A program made the position numbers and the translations under genes. A stretch of DNA of 63,906 nt from an uncultured bacterium (GTDB lineage Bacteria; Verrucomicrobiota; Kiritimatiellia; UBA8416; CAMZLY01), in contig CAMZLY010000081.1 in assembly GCA_947311825.1 (NCBI GenBank), positions 1 through 63,906 on the forward strand, written 5' to 3'. A model generated the notes under the pieces. The model saw only the letters and a list, made by a program, of their open reading frames with translations. It was not told the origin of the DNA and searched no databases. Shown in pieces: positions 49,646-58,681 of the stretch. Each line of letters starts with the position of its first letter. Positions within the stretch are counted from its first letter, which is position 1.

Positions 49646-52201
49646 ATGGATAATTCAGAACAAAATACGGAATTTACACCAATAAAAATACTGGTGGTTG
49701 ATGACGAGGCAGGTATCAGAAAAATATTCTGTGCCGCACTAGCCCAACAAAACCACTATACAAAATCAGCCAGCAACGCTAGAGAAGCTCTTCTTATTCT
49801 TATGCAGGAGGATTTTGATGTTCTAATTGTAGACCTAAATATGGGCGAGATGAACGGCATCACATTTCTTCAAGAGGCACTAAATATATGGCCTTGGCTA
49901 GGTGTCATTATTGTTTCTGGCTACGTCACTGAGGGAGCAATCAAAAATGCCAACAAACTTGGCATAACACGCTTAATGAACAAACCGGTACAGCTAAAGA
50001 CTTTATGCGATAATGTTATAGAAGAATATAAACTTAAGCAAAAGAGACAAGAAAATATCCCCGCCGAAAATGCACTTATATTAATGCGCAATCACCTGAA
50101 TATTTTAACACGTTTAAGCCAAAATATTTCCGGCACCGAGACGCTTTCCAAGATTCTACTTGAATTCTCCAGTTCTATCGTAGAGATGTTTCCCTCCAAT
50201 ATTGTTGGCATACTTATTTCGGATGAAGAAAATACTCTACTTATGTCCACGCAAAAAACCGTTTCCCAAAACTTTGTAAATAACGTTAAAAAAGAAATGC
50301 TAACCCGCTATACCGCCATAAGCGGAAACAAACTTGATCCAGACAACATCACTCTTAATATAGAAAGTGATAAAATCCAGGAAGATGGTGCCAAAGAAAT
50401 AGGGAGCATCATTTCAGTTCCTACTATAATTGATAATAATATACATGGTATTCTTACCCTTGCCTGTGAAAGAAAAGATGCGTATCACCCATCAGACATC
50501 TCCCTTCTTTATCACGCAGCAAACCACATTTCTGCCGCTTTTATTGCATTAGAAAAGATGCACCACTTAGTCACCCGCGACCCATTAACCGGGGCGTTCA
50601 ACAGAATAAGACTAAACGAAGAAATAGAGCGGGCATGGCTCACAAGCCATCGGTACGATTATTCCATGGCGATAATTATCGTTGATGTAGATCACTTCAA
50701 AACACTAAACGATACATTTGGGCATAACGTAGGCGATGAAACTCTCTGTGCGTTTGCCAAAATCATGCAAGAAGCCTCACGTACAACAGATATTATCGCA
50801 AGATATGGTGGCGACGAATTTGTCGCCATCCTTCCACGAGCAGATAAAGAAGACGCCGTTGCTTTTGGTGAAAGATTAATGAAAAAAACCAGAGAATACA
50901 CTCTGGAAAAAGAAGGCAATAAAATAAAACTGAGCATCTCTATAGGAATCTCTACCAGCCTGAATCATACCAAACCAGCCTCGTACTCAGAACTTCTCAT
51001 TCAGGCAGATCAAGCACTATACACAGCCAAAAATTCCGGCAGAAATAGAATCTGTATATGGCCAGATCACACCTGCAGCAGCATTGTCGAAAATATCATT
51101 GCAACAAACATCCCTGATACAGAAGATAATCATGCCTATGAAATAGCAGAAATCAAAGAACAAGTTGGTAGAATCTTGCTTGTCGATGATGATGAACCAA
51201 TCCTTAAAGTAATTAAAGCCATGCTAAATTTCGATGGCTACGAAGTCGATACTTTTACAACTGCAACTGAGGCACTGGAACATCTAAAAACAAAACATGG
51301 CTACTATAATATTCTCATGACCGATCTGGGGCTACCGGACATGAATGGATTAGAAGTATTACATAAAGCAAACGAACTTGATGACTCAATAATAAAAATA
51401 GTTATCAGCGGACAGGCCACCGTAGATAATGCCATTAATGCCCTACGTAAAGGGGCCCACGACTTTATTCAAAAACCTGTCATAAAAGAACAACTTTCAA
51501 TAATGATAAAACATGCACTCGAATTCCATAAACTGAAAAGAGAGAACAAACGACATCAAATACACTTGGAAGAAACCGTCAATAAACGTAGTGCTCAACT
51601 GGCCGCAACTCTTGAAGAAACAAAACGATCTTACGAATTTACTCTCGAAGCAATGGTGGCAATGCTGGATGCACGCGAACGCCACACTGCCAAACATAGT
51701 ATAAGAACAAGATCAATGGCAATTATCCTCGCAAAACATATCGGAGTACCAAAAGAAGATATCAATAATATTGCATCCGGTGCTTTATTACACGATATAG
51801 GAAAAATTGGCATACCAGATTCAGTCCTACTCAAAGAAGGTCCACTCACTGACGAACAATGGGTAATAATGAAAAAACATCCTCAAATTGGATATGATGT
51901 TATAAAAACAAGTCCATACCTTAAAGATGCCGCACAAATAGTATACCAACATCAAGAACGTCACGACGGAAACGGCTATCCTCAACACCTAAAAGGGGAA
52001 GAAATATGCATCGGTGCCAGAATCTTCTCCGTAATAGATGCTTATGATGCAATGCGCTCCAAGCGTGTTTATCGTGGACCAATACCCCCGGAAGCGGCAA
52101 TTGCCGACCTCATTCAAAACAAAGGTACACAATTTGACCCCAAAATAGTCGATGCATTCATTGAATGCCAACCAGAAATAGAAGCACTATTTTCTCAATA
52201 A
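49646..52201 (+). CDS. Hybrid response regulator: REC, sensor-like region, GGDEF, REC, HD-GYP
   Basis: 851 aa. ILVVDDEAG..LIVDLNMGEMNG (REC1), RYGGDEFVAILP (intact GGDEF), ILLVDDDEP..LMTDLGLPDMNG (REC2), HDIGKIGIPD and HQERHDGNGYP (HD-GYP). Confidence 0.85.
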   Translation: MDNSEQNTEFTPIKILVVDDEAGIRKIFCAALAQQNHYTKSASNAREALLILMQEDFDVLIVDLNMGEMNGITFLQEALNIWPWLGVIIVSGYVTEGAIKNANKLGITRLMNKPVQLKTLCDNVIEEYKLKQKRQENIPAENALILMRNHLNILTRLSQNISGTETLSKILLEFSSSIVEMFPSNIVGILISDEENTLLMSTQKTVSQNFVNNVKKEMLTRYTAISGNKLDPDNITLNIESDKIQEDGAKEIGSIISVPTIIDNNIHGILTLACERKDAYHPSDISLLYHAANHISAAFIALEKMHHLVTRDPLTGAFNRIRLNEEIERAWLTSHRYDYSMAIIIVDVDHFKTLNDTFGHNVGDETLCAFAKIMQEASRTTDIIARYGGDEFVAILPRADKEDAVAFGERLMKKTREYTLEKEGNKIKLSISIGISTSLNHTKPASYSELLIQADQALYTAKNSGRNRICIWPDHTCSSIVENIIATNIPDTEDNHAYEIAEIKEQVGRILLVDDDEPILKVIKAMLNFDGYEVDTFTTATEALEHLKTKHGYYNILMTDLGLPDMNGLEVLHKANELDDSIIKIVISGQATVDNAINALRKGAHDFIQKPVIKEQLSIMIKHALEFHKLKRENKRHQIHLEETVNKRSAQLAATLEETKRSYEFTLEAMVAMLDARERHTAKHSIRTRSMAIILAKHIGVPKEDINNIASGALLHDIGKIGIPDSVLLKEGPLTDEQWVIMKKHPQIGYDVIKTSPYLKDAAQIVYQHQERHDGNGYPQHLKGEEICIGARIFSVIDAYDAMRSKRVYRGPIPPEAAIADLIQNKGTQFDPKIVDAFIECQPEIEALFSQ

Positions 52202-52247
52202 CAAGGCGTATCACCGTCTATGACAATCCGGCTTCTGTAAATGTTGC

Positions 52248-52724
52248 CTACTCAAATACTGGCTTTAGTAAATCCCATAAATCCAATAATGCAACCGGAA
52301 CAACCCTAGTATCAGACAGCACCGGCATAAAATTTGTATCCCCATCCCATCGCGGAACAATATGCATATGCAGATGATCTTCCAATCCAGCACCCGCAAC
52401 TTTCCCAAGATTAGCCCCAACATTAAACCCCGCAGGATATATAACCTTCTTCAAAACAGTTATAGACTCATCAATCAAATTCAGCACCTCAAGCTTTTCT
52501 TCAGAAGTAAGATCACCAAGCTCTGCCACATGCCTAAAAGGAAGTACCATCAAATGCCCACCATTATATGGATATCGATTCATAACCACCGCACAAGCCA
52601 CCCCACGCTTAAGCAATAAATTATCCCGATCCTTGTCATCAGCAATAATATCACATAAAAAACAACCATCAGGCTTATCGCCCAAAATATACTCCATGCG
52701 CCACGGTGCCCAAAACTGCTTCAT
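52248..52724 (-). CDS. HIT-family nucleotide hydrolase/transferase
   Basis: Histidine triad HLHMHIVPR. ATG at 52724 (MKQFWAPWRMEYI..). The track's longer start at 52766 is unlikely. Confidence 0.85.
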   Translation of the reverse strand: MKQFWAPWRMEYILGDKPDGCFLCDIIADDKDRDNLLLKRGVACAVVMNRYPYNGGHLMVLPFRHVAELGDLTSEEKLEVLNLIDESITVLKKVIYPAGFNVGANLGKVAGAGLEDHLHMHIVPRWDGDTNFMPVLSDTRVVPVALLDLWDLLKPVFE

Positions 52725-52878
52725 ATAATCACCTTTATTAGTTTTAAAGTATCTACCTATCATCATTACGTTCGCTCAGACCTCTTGTGCTCCACTGAAC
52801 ATCAATTCGATAAGAGGATACTCATCATCCGAAGTGACATCAAGTAAAAAGCAATATCACCGCAACTGATAATTGCCA

Positions 52879-52913
52879 ACTGATAACTGATAACTGATAA
52901 CTAATAACTGTTA
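52879..52913. repeat. Second heptamer tandem array: ACTGATA x3, then ACTAATA and ACTGTTA (plus a detached ACTGATA at 52865-52871)
   Basis: Read directly. It lies in the divergent intergenic region between the HIT gene and the second sugar transferase, about 50 nt upstream of the ATG at 52964. Confidence 0.9.
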
Positions 52914-52963
52914 CCCTTTACTCTTTACAATTCCCCCTTTCTCCCCATATAGTAGCACAATAC

Positions 52964-54376
52964 ATGAAAACAAACGATACATCTGATGCACTACTAAGTG
53001 CCTTGTCCATATTTTGCGATGCACTTGCCGTTTACGGTAGCTTAATACTGGCCACCTGGATTCGATTTGGCTCAGGGATAATCCCCATTATAAATAATCC
53101 GCAACCAGATTTCTATAAAGTATATGCACAAGGCGCAATATTTGCCACAATTATATTTATTCTGGCTTTTCGTAACCTGGGTCTCTATATACGCCCACAA
53201 ACAGGATCATTTATTGATAAAATACCCAGGATTATAAAAGGCTGTACAACCGGTATGATCATAACCTTTATGCTGGCTTTTGCCGTAATTCACATTGCCG
53301 ACTTCTCAAGAATAACAATATTAATATCAATGTTTATAGCTGGATTCTTTGTTATTATAGAACGCTATGCCCTTTACAGACTCGAATGGAATATTGCACG
53401 ACACAGCAAAACCAGAAACAACATACTCATTCTAGGGACCGACTCATCCGCCGCACACCTAACAGATACACTTCAACAGGAAACCATGCTAAAAGCAAAT
53501 GTCATAGGATTCATGCAAACTGACGTATCTACACCCGATCCTAAAATTCCTACCAATAAAATCATAGGAAATATAGGAACTCTCAGTGACTTCCTAAAAA
53601 CTAATGAAGTTAATCAAATAATCCTAACCAACTCCAACCTTGGTCATGACAAAATAGTTGAAATAATATTACTTTGCGAACAAAACCTCATCACGTTTAA
53701 TATGATTCTCGATTTATTCCGCGTACTTACCAGCAGTATGGACGTGCAATCATTAAACGATATTCCTCTATTAGGAATAAGTAAATGGCCACTTGACTAC
53801 TTTTGGAAAAGAATGCTCAAACGTGCAGAAGATGTCATTGGTGCTTGCATTGCATTATTACTAAGTTCGCCCATAATTCTAATCGCAGCAATTCTCATCA
53901 AAAAATCCTCACCGGGTCCAGTGCTCTACAAACAGGAACGATGCGGAGAAAACGGAAAATCTTTTAACTTATATAAACTACGCACCATGAAAATCAATGC
54001 CGAACAACAATCAGGCCCCGTCTTTACTGCCGAAGATGACCCACGAACAACCAAAATAGGAGCATTTCTACGACGCAACAATCTTGACGAGTTACCACAA
54101 CTATGGAATGTAATTAAAGGAGAAATGAGCATGGTAGGACCACGCCCAGAACGTCCACACTTCGTCGAAAAATTTAAAACTGATATGACAAAATATATGT
54201 GGCGACACGTTTCTAAACCCGGCATGACCGGCTGGGCACAGGTAAATGGCCTGCGCGGCAACACAAGTATTGAAGAACGTATCAAATATGACTTATACTA
54301 TCTTGAAAACTGGTCATTGGCCTTTGATTTTAAAATATTAACAAAAACAATATTTGCAAATAAAAATGCATATTAA
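52964..54376 (+). CDS. Undecaprenyl-phosphate hexose-1-phosphate transferase (WcaJ/WbaP-like bacterial sugar transferase)
   Basis: 470 aa. The same architecture and catalytic blocks as 36513-37934 (YKLRTM, DELPQLWNVIKGEMSMVGPRPE, KYDLYYLENWS). Confidence 0.85.
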   Translation: MKTNDTSDALLSALSIFCDALAVYGSLILATWIRFGSGIIPIINNPQPDFYKVYAQGAIFATIIFILAFRNLGLYIRPQTGSFIDKIPRIIKGCTTGMIITFMLAFAVIHIADFSRITILISMFIAGFFVIIERYALYRLEWNIARHSKTRNNILILGTDSSAAHLTDTLQQETMLKANVIGFMQTDVSTPDPKIPTNKIIGNIGTLSDFLKTNEVNQIILTNSNLGHDKIVEIILLCEQNLITFNMILDLFRVLTSSMDVQSLNDIPLLGISKWPLDYFWKRMLKRAEDVIGACIALLLSSPIILIAAILIKKSSPGPVLYKQERCGENGKSFNLYKLRTMKINAEQQSGPVFTAEDDPRTTKIGAFLRRNNLDELPQLWNVIKGEMSMVGPRPERPHFVEKFKTDMTKYMWRHVSKPGMTGWAQVNGLRGNTSIEERIKYDLYYLENWSLAFDFKILTKTIFANKNAY

Positions 54377-54379
54377 AAA

Positions 54380-54409
54380 GAGGTGCACGCAGATAGTTTT
54401 GTAAGTGCC
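54380..54409 (-). repeat. Reverse-oriented copy of the GAGGTGCTTGCAAAACTAC.. motif family
   Basis: GAGGTGCACGCAGATAGTTTTGTAAGTGCC contains ..CAGATAGTTTTG(C/T)AAGT.CC, the same as the right end of the 24322-24490 element. Confidence 0.6.
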
Positions 54410-54424
54410 GCAAAAGGAAATACT

Positions 54425-54892
54425 ATGAAAGATTCATTTTTAGATATATTTAAATCAGTATATGTTTTAACACCATTCTGTGCATGGATGCTTGCACAAC
54501 TGATAAAAATGCTACTGAGCTTTATGAAAACAAAGAAAGTCGACATAGCCTACCTCATGAGCACTGGAGGTATGCCAAGTGCCCACTCAGCACTAGTGTC
54601 AGGACTTGCTACCATCGTGGGCATAAATATTGGTTTTGGCACCCCAGTCTTTGCGGTGGCACTGGGATTTGCCCTAATAACAATGTTTGATGCATCAACC
54701 GTACGACGTGCCGCCGGCACACAAGCACGCCTACTAAACGAAATCGTTGACGAGCTATTTAAAGAACACCGCCTCTCAGAAACAAAACTAGCAGAACTAC
54801 TCGGGCACACCAGATTTGAAGTCTTTATGGGCATGACCACAGGTATTCTTGTCGCCCTTCTATTTAGCTCATTCCCATACTTTGCCGTTTAG
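54425..54892 (+). CDS. Divergent PAP2 / acid phosphatase-vanadium haloperoxidase-related membrane protein (DUF212-like)
   Basis: About 155 aa from the ATG at 54425. GGMPSAHSA and the FDASTVRR..G block are typical of this small membrane family. Confidence 0.65.
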   Translation: MKDSFLDIFKSVYVLTPFCAWMLAQLIKMLLSFMKTKKVDIAYLMSTGGMPSAHSALVSGLATIVGINIGFGTPVFAVALGFALITMFDASTVRRAAGTQARLLNEIVDELFKEHRLSETKLAELLGHTRFEVFMGMTTGILVALLFSSFPYFAV

Positions 54893-55041
54893 ATAAATAC
54901 TCACTTATTAGAACTCAATTCTCACTATTAAGTTTCAATGCCAGAACAAAAAAAACTTTTTCAAGTTCTCATACTCTTTATCCATTTTAATTTTTTATCT
55001 AATATCCCCTCCATCATATCCGTTTATTTAATAACAGGCTC

Positions 55042-55587
55042 ATGAGAAAAACCCAAAAACAAAAAAAAACAGAACAGCTTATAGCATTCAATATAATTGT
55101 ATCTCGCTACGAAGAACAATTGCTACGTTATGCATCACGAATAGTCGGCGGCTCTGATGCAGCACAAGATATTGTTCAAAATACATTCATAAAACTCTTC
55201 AAAAAATGGACAGAAGAACTTGAACCATCACCAAAATTATCAGGCTGGCTATATCGTGTTGCCCATAACTGTGCTGTTGACTATATAAGAAAAGAAACAC
55301 GACGACATACACTTCATCTAAAACATGCAGAAGAAATCGACAACTTCATTCCCCCAAACAGAGGTGCCGGGTTTAGAATAGGTGAAAAAGCCGAACGAGC
55401 CGCAGCTGCACTAAAAATTCTAACCCCGCGCGAACAGCAACTTGTAATTCTTAAAATCTATGAAGAAAAATCATACAAAGAAATCGGCGAAATAACCGGA
55501 TTAACAGTTACGAATATCGGATATATCCTACACCATGCCATGAAAAAGATGGCTACCGAGCTTAAAAAGGCGCAAAATAATGAATAA
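55042..55587 (+). CDS. ECF-type RNA polymerase sigma-70 factor
   Basis: 181 aa. Region 2 (AQDIVQNTFIKLF..WLYRVAHNCAVDYIRK) and region 4 (EKSYKEIGEITGLTVTNIGYILHHAMKKM). Confidence 0.85.
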   Translation: MRKTQKQKKTEQLIAFNIIVSRYEEQLLRYASRIVGGSDAAQDIVQNTFIKLFKKWTEELEPSPKLSGWLYRVAHNCAVDYIRKETRRHTLHLKHAEEIDNFIPPNRGAGFRIGEKAERAAAALKILTPREQQLVILKIYEEKSYKEIGEITGLTVTNIGYILHHAMKKMATELKKAQNNE

Positions 55588-55993
55588 AAAAAAGAAAACC
55601 ACAAATTCAATGAAATGCACAGATATTCAAGCACACCTTTTTGCCTACATAACCCACGATGCAGGACAAGAGAGAACAGAGCTAATCAAGAAACACCTTG
55701 GGCACTGTAGCAACTGTCAGGCAGAAGCCAAACAAATCAAAGATGCGATAAACTTTCTTAATAGCACACATAAAATAGAGAACATCCCAACTCAACTATC
55801 CGAGAAACGCAAAAAATTAATTGCCAGAGCCTTTATGCATCCCATTATAGACTTCATTTATCGACATCATATAACCATGTCCATAATTGCCGCCATCATA
55901 ACCATCACCATAACCCTATGCGTCCTACGCCAGGTAAAAGTATGGCATTCAGAACAACTTGATACCGGTATCCCCGTTTCAATAGCTCAATAA
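55580..55993 (+). CDS. Anti-sigma factor (zf-HC2 type) with one TM helix
   Basis: 137 aa. C-x..-H-x3-C-x2-C pattern (CTDIQAHLF...HLGHCSNCQ) and the TM helix MSIIAAIITITITLCVL. 8-nt overlap with the sigma gene. Confidence 0.6.
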   Translation: MNKKKKTTNSMKCTDIQAHLFAYITHDAGQERTELIKKHLGHCSNCQAEAKQIKDAINFLNSTHKIENIPTQLSEKRKKLIARAFMHPIIDFIYRHHITMSIIAAIITITITLCVLRQVKVWHSEQLDTGIPVSIAQ

Positions 55994-56169
55994 TGACTCT
56001 ATACGCTTCTTTTCTGATCGCTCAAAATAATAATTACGCAATTCCAAATCATACTCTTTAATAATATCCTTTGCCGTAAATTCATCACTTTCACTGAAAA
56101 GCAGACAGCAACCGATATTTTTCGGAATATCCGGTTGCAACTCCCAATTCCTCTGCGGGGATATCCACT

Positions 56170-56895
56170 TCAATACTCGCCTGCCGTTAGCTGCAAAAAA
56201 ATATCTTCCAGACTGTCATCTGCCCCTACCTGCTCGCGTAATTCCTTCAATGTTCCCAAAGCAACCAATTTACCTTCCGATATTATTCCGATTCTATCAG
56301 CAATTTCTTCTGCGACAGCAAGAATATGTGTTGTCAAAAAGATAGTCATTCCAGACTTCACACGTTCTCGTAATAAATCCTTTATTACCCGTATTGTATA
56401 CGGATCAAGCCCTACTAATGGTTCATCTACAAACATCACCTGTGGATCATGCAAAAAAGTTGCCGCATAAATAAGCCGTTGCCGAAACCCATGCGAAAGA
56501 TCTCTAACTAAAGTGTCCTGATATTGATTCAACCCTAATTGTTCAAAATCACCGGCAATAGTTTCTACCACCCGTTGTCCTGAAACTTTATAAAGATCCG
56601 CCACAAATTCAATATACTCCACCGGCGTTAAATGCTCATAAATATATGGCATATCGGGAATATATCCCATTATACGCTTAGCCTCTACCGGATATTTCGT
56701 TATATCATGCTCATTAACCTTAATTACACCGCTATCGGGTTTCATTAAGCCGGTTAGCATCTTTATAGTTGTCGTTTTGCCTGCACCATTAGGTCCGAGA
56801 AAACAAAACAACTCCCCCGCAGGCACAGATAAATTTAAGCGATCAACAGCCTTAAGTTCACCAAAACTTTTTGATAATTCTTTTATTTTAATCAT
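56170..56895 (-). CDS. ABC transporter ATP-binding protein (no permease gene adjacent)
   Basis: MIKIKELSKSFG.. from the ATG at 56895. Walker A GPNGAGKTT, signature SHGFRQRL, Walker B MFVDEP. Overlaps the lipB 3' end by 8 nt. Confidence 0.85.
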   Translation of the reverse strand: MIKIKELSKSFGELKAVDRLNLSVPAGELFCFLGPNGAGKTTTIKMLTGLMKPDSGVIKVNEHDITKYPVEAKRIMGYIPDMPYIYEHLTPVEYIEFVADLYKVSGQRVVETIAGDFEQLGLNQYQDTLVRDLSHGFRQRLIYAATFLHDPQVMFVDEPLVGLDPYTIRVIKDLLRERVKSGMTIFLTTHILAVAEEIADRIGIISEGKLVALGTLKELREQVGADDSLEDIFLQLTAGEY

Positions 56896-57541
56896 AAATA
56901 ACCTCAGTAAAATGACGTACAATAGCCTTTTTAACCTCGTCAATACCAACCTCTTGCTTGCTCAACGTCATAGAAGTAACACCTTTACCATAAATGCCAC
57001 ACGGAACAATCCAAGAATAAGGCTGCATATCAAGTTTAACATTCAAGGCAAAACCATGCATAGTTACACCACGGGTAATACGCACCCCCAAAGCCGCAAT
57101 TTTATCATTACCTATCCAGACTCCACGATCCTCACGCCCCCCTTCAGCAACTATGCCAAAATCAGATAGCACCTCTATTACTATCTGCTCAAGACTATTA
57201 ACATACCACAAAACACCTTTTCCACGTGCCTTAAGGTCTATTATCGGATATACCACAGCCTGCCCCGGCCCATGATACGTAACATCACCACCACGCCCAA
57301 TCTCAACTACATCCACACCACGTTTTTCAATCTCTTCACGAGACAAAAGCACATTTTCCTCTTTCGCATTACGCCCCAAAGTAAATACAGGCTCATGCTC
57401 AACAAAAATCACAGTGTCACGGATTGAACCCATCTTACGCTTTGCCACTAGTTCCTCTTGCAGTTCAAGAGTGGGAACATAACGGCACTGCCCAATATCC
57501 AAAAGATCAAATGGTAAATTTCTATTATCAGATTGTAACAT
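56888..57541 (-). CDS. lipB: Octanoyltransferase (lipoyl(octanoyl) transferase)
   Basis: 217 aa. RGGDVTYHGPGQ, KIAALGVR and PCG blocks of LipB. Confidence 0.9.
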   Translation of the reverse strand: MLQSDNRNLPFDLLDIGQCRYVPTLELQEELVAKRKMGSIRDTVIFVEHEPVFTLGRNAKEENVLLSREEIEKRGVDVVEIGRGGDVTYHGPGQAVVYPIIDLKARGKGVLWYVNSLEQIVIEVLSDFGIVAEGGREDRGVWIGNDKIAALGVRITRGVTMHGFALNVKLDMQPYSWIVPCGIYGKGVTSMTLSKQEVGIDEVKKAIVRHFTEVIYD

Positions 57542-57574
57542 TCTAAAGCCCTAAAATCATTTTTATAATCACTA

Positions 57575-57590
57575 GAGGTGCTTGCCTCAC
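57575..57590 (+). repeat. Truncated copy of the GAGGTGCTTGC.. motif (GAGGTGCTTGCCTCAC)
   Basis: Shares the first 11 nt with the 58631 copy. It is flanked by the direct repeat TCACTAG on both sides (57569-57575 and 57587-57593). Confidence 0.5.
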
Positions 57591-57780
57591 TAGAACCTTT
57601 ATTATCGCCAATAATAACACAACAAAATACAGCTCTTAATATAGAGAAGCATTACTATTTATTATAACATCATACAATAAAAAACGTTGTACTAAGAATA
57701 GAAATCATCGCTTGACAACAAAAATAACCACGCTACTATTACTTATTTTACCAAACAAAAGGATAAGTAAGGACATTATA

Positions 57781-58452
57781 ATGAAACTATATCCAATTCT
57801 ATTAACAATTTTACTATCAACAGCAACCCTACCGGCAGACACAATGACAACTGGTAGCAAAACTTACAAAGGGATGCTAGAAGGATATAAAAACGGCCAT
57901 TTCATTTTTAAAACAACCGATTGGAAGACCATCAAAAAACCAAGAACCAACGTCAAAAAACTATCTTTCGACCGACCTTACAACACCACTTACACCGAAA
58001 ACGGAAAACCATATACCGCCAAGCTAATAAAATATGAAAACTCAAAATTCTTTTTTAAATCAAAAGAGGGAAAAGAAAAGTGCATATATGGTGTAAAAAT
58101 TAAAAAACTACAAATAGAAAAACACTCTCCATTTAGTACGCCTAAAGGAATAAGACCGAATAAACAAGGACTAAAAACAAAACTAAACATAAGAGAGCTG
58201 GTCAAATCAGGAAACCTATCTAATTCGCAAAAGATGGCTATTAAAAACTATATTACCGCTAGAAAAGCATATATAAAGTTTCAGAAAGAAAGCAACGCAA
58301 TGATTAAACAAAGAGATCAACTAACCGGCAAAGATCGCGAAACACTAATAAACGAACTTCATTTAAGAAAAAACTCCGAACAGACTATTATAAACAAACT
58401 AAAAATAAGCGTTAAACAACTAGAAAATGAATTTGCAGGCAACAGCAAATAG
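57781..58452 (+). CDS. Secreted protein of unknown function
   Basis: About 223 aa from the ATG at 57781 (MKLYPILLTILLSTATLPADT, signal-peptide-like). The track start at 57712 is TTG. Two internal similar segments (YKGMLEGYKNGHFIFKT / YTAKLIKYENSKFFFKS). Confidence 0.4.
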   Translation: MKLYPILLTILLSTATLPADTMTTGSKTYKGMLEGYKNGHFIFKTTDWKTIKKPRTNVKKLSFDRPYNTTYTENGKPYTAKLIKYENSKFFFKSKEGKEKCIYGVKIKKLQIEKHSPFSTPKGIRPNKQGLKTKLNIRELVKSGNLSNSQKMAIKNYITARKAYIKFQKESNAMIKQRDQLTGKDRETLINELHLRKNSEQTIINKLKISVKQLENEFAGNSK

Positions 58453-58461
58453 CAATAGAAA

Positions 58462-58536
58462 TGGCACGCCCACGGGGAATCGAACCCCGCTTACCAGGAT
58501 GAAAACCTGGTGTCCTATCCGATAGACGATGGGCGT
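58462..58536 (-). tRNA. tRNA-Glu (anticodon UUC), CCA encoded
   Basis: The rc reads ACGCCCA TC GTCT ATCGGATA GGAC A CCAGG TTTTCAT CCTGG TAAG CGGGG TTCGATT CCCCG TGGGCGT G CCA. All four stems pair, a T-loop TTCGA is present, and the anticodon loop is TT-TTC-AT. Confidence 0.9.
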
Positions 58537-58630
58537 ATCTGCTACTGAAGTGATGCACAGTACCAAAATTTTATAATTAGACAACAAAAAAATTAATTAT
58601 TTTATAAAAATATATTTTATCCACACAACT

Positions 58631-58662
58631 GAGGTGCTTGCAAAACTACTGTGCGAGGCAAT
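58631..58662 (+). repeat. Copy of the 32-nt motif GAGGTGCTTGCAAAACTACTGTGCGAGGCAAT
   Basis: Nearly identical to 24322-24354 and 59347-59380. It ends 19 nt upstream of the ATG at 58682. Confidence 0.8.
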
Positions 58663-58681
58663 ATTCTAAGGACTAAAACAG

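Noticed and set aside
55979-56173. 64-aa minus-strand ORF downstream of the ABC ATPase
   Set aside because: It has a TTG start (rc of 56171-56173) and no SD. It overlaps the 3' end of the convergent anti-sigma gene, and no motif is recognisable. The support is insufficient.
57569-57593. TCACTAG-GAGGTGCTTGCC-TCACTAG as a MITE excision footprint
   Set aside because: It is attractive because a direct repeat flanks a truncated end motif. However, it is too short to distinguish from chance, so it is mentioned only under the motif-family finding.
58631-58662. Motif family as a Bacteroidetes-type -7 promoter element (the rc contains TAGTTTTG, matching TAnnTTTG)
   Set aside because: The orientation relative to the nearest downstream gene is inconsistent among copies. 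The gene content (T2SS, HprK) does not suggest Bacteroidetes. Canonical AGGAG Shine-Dalgarno sites are used.
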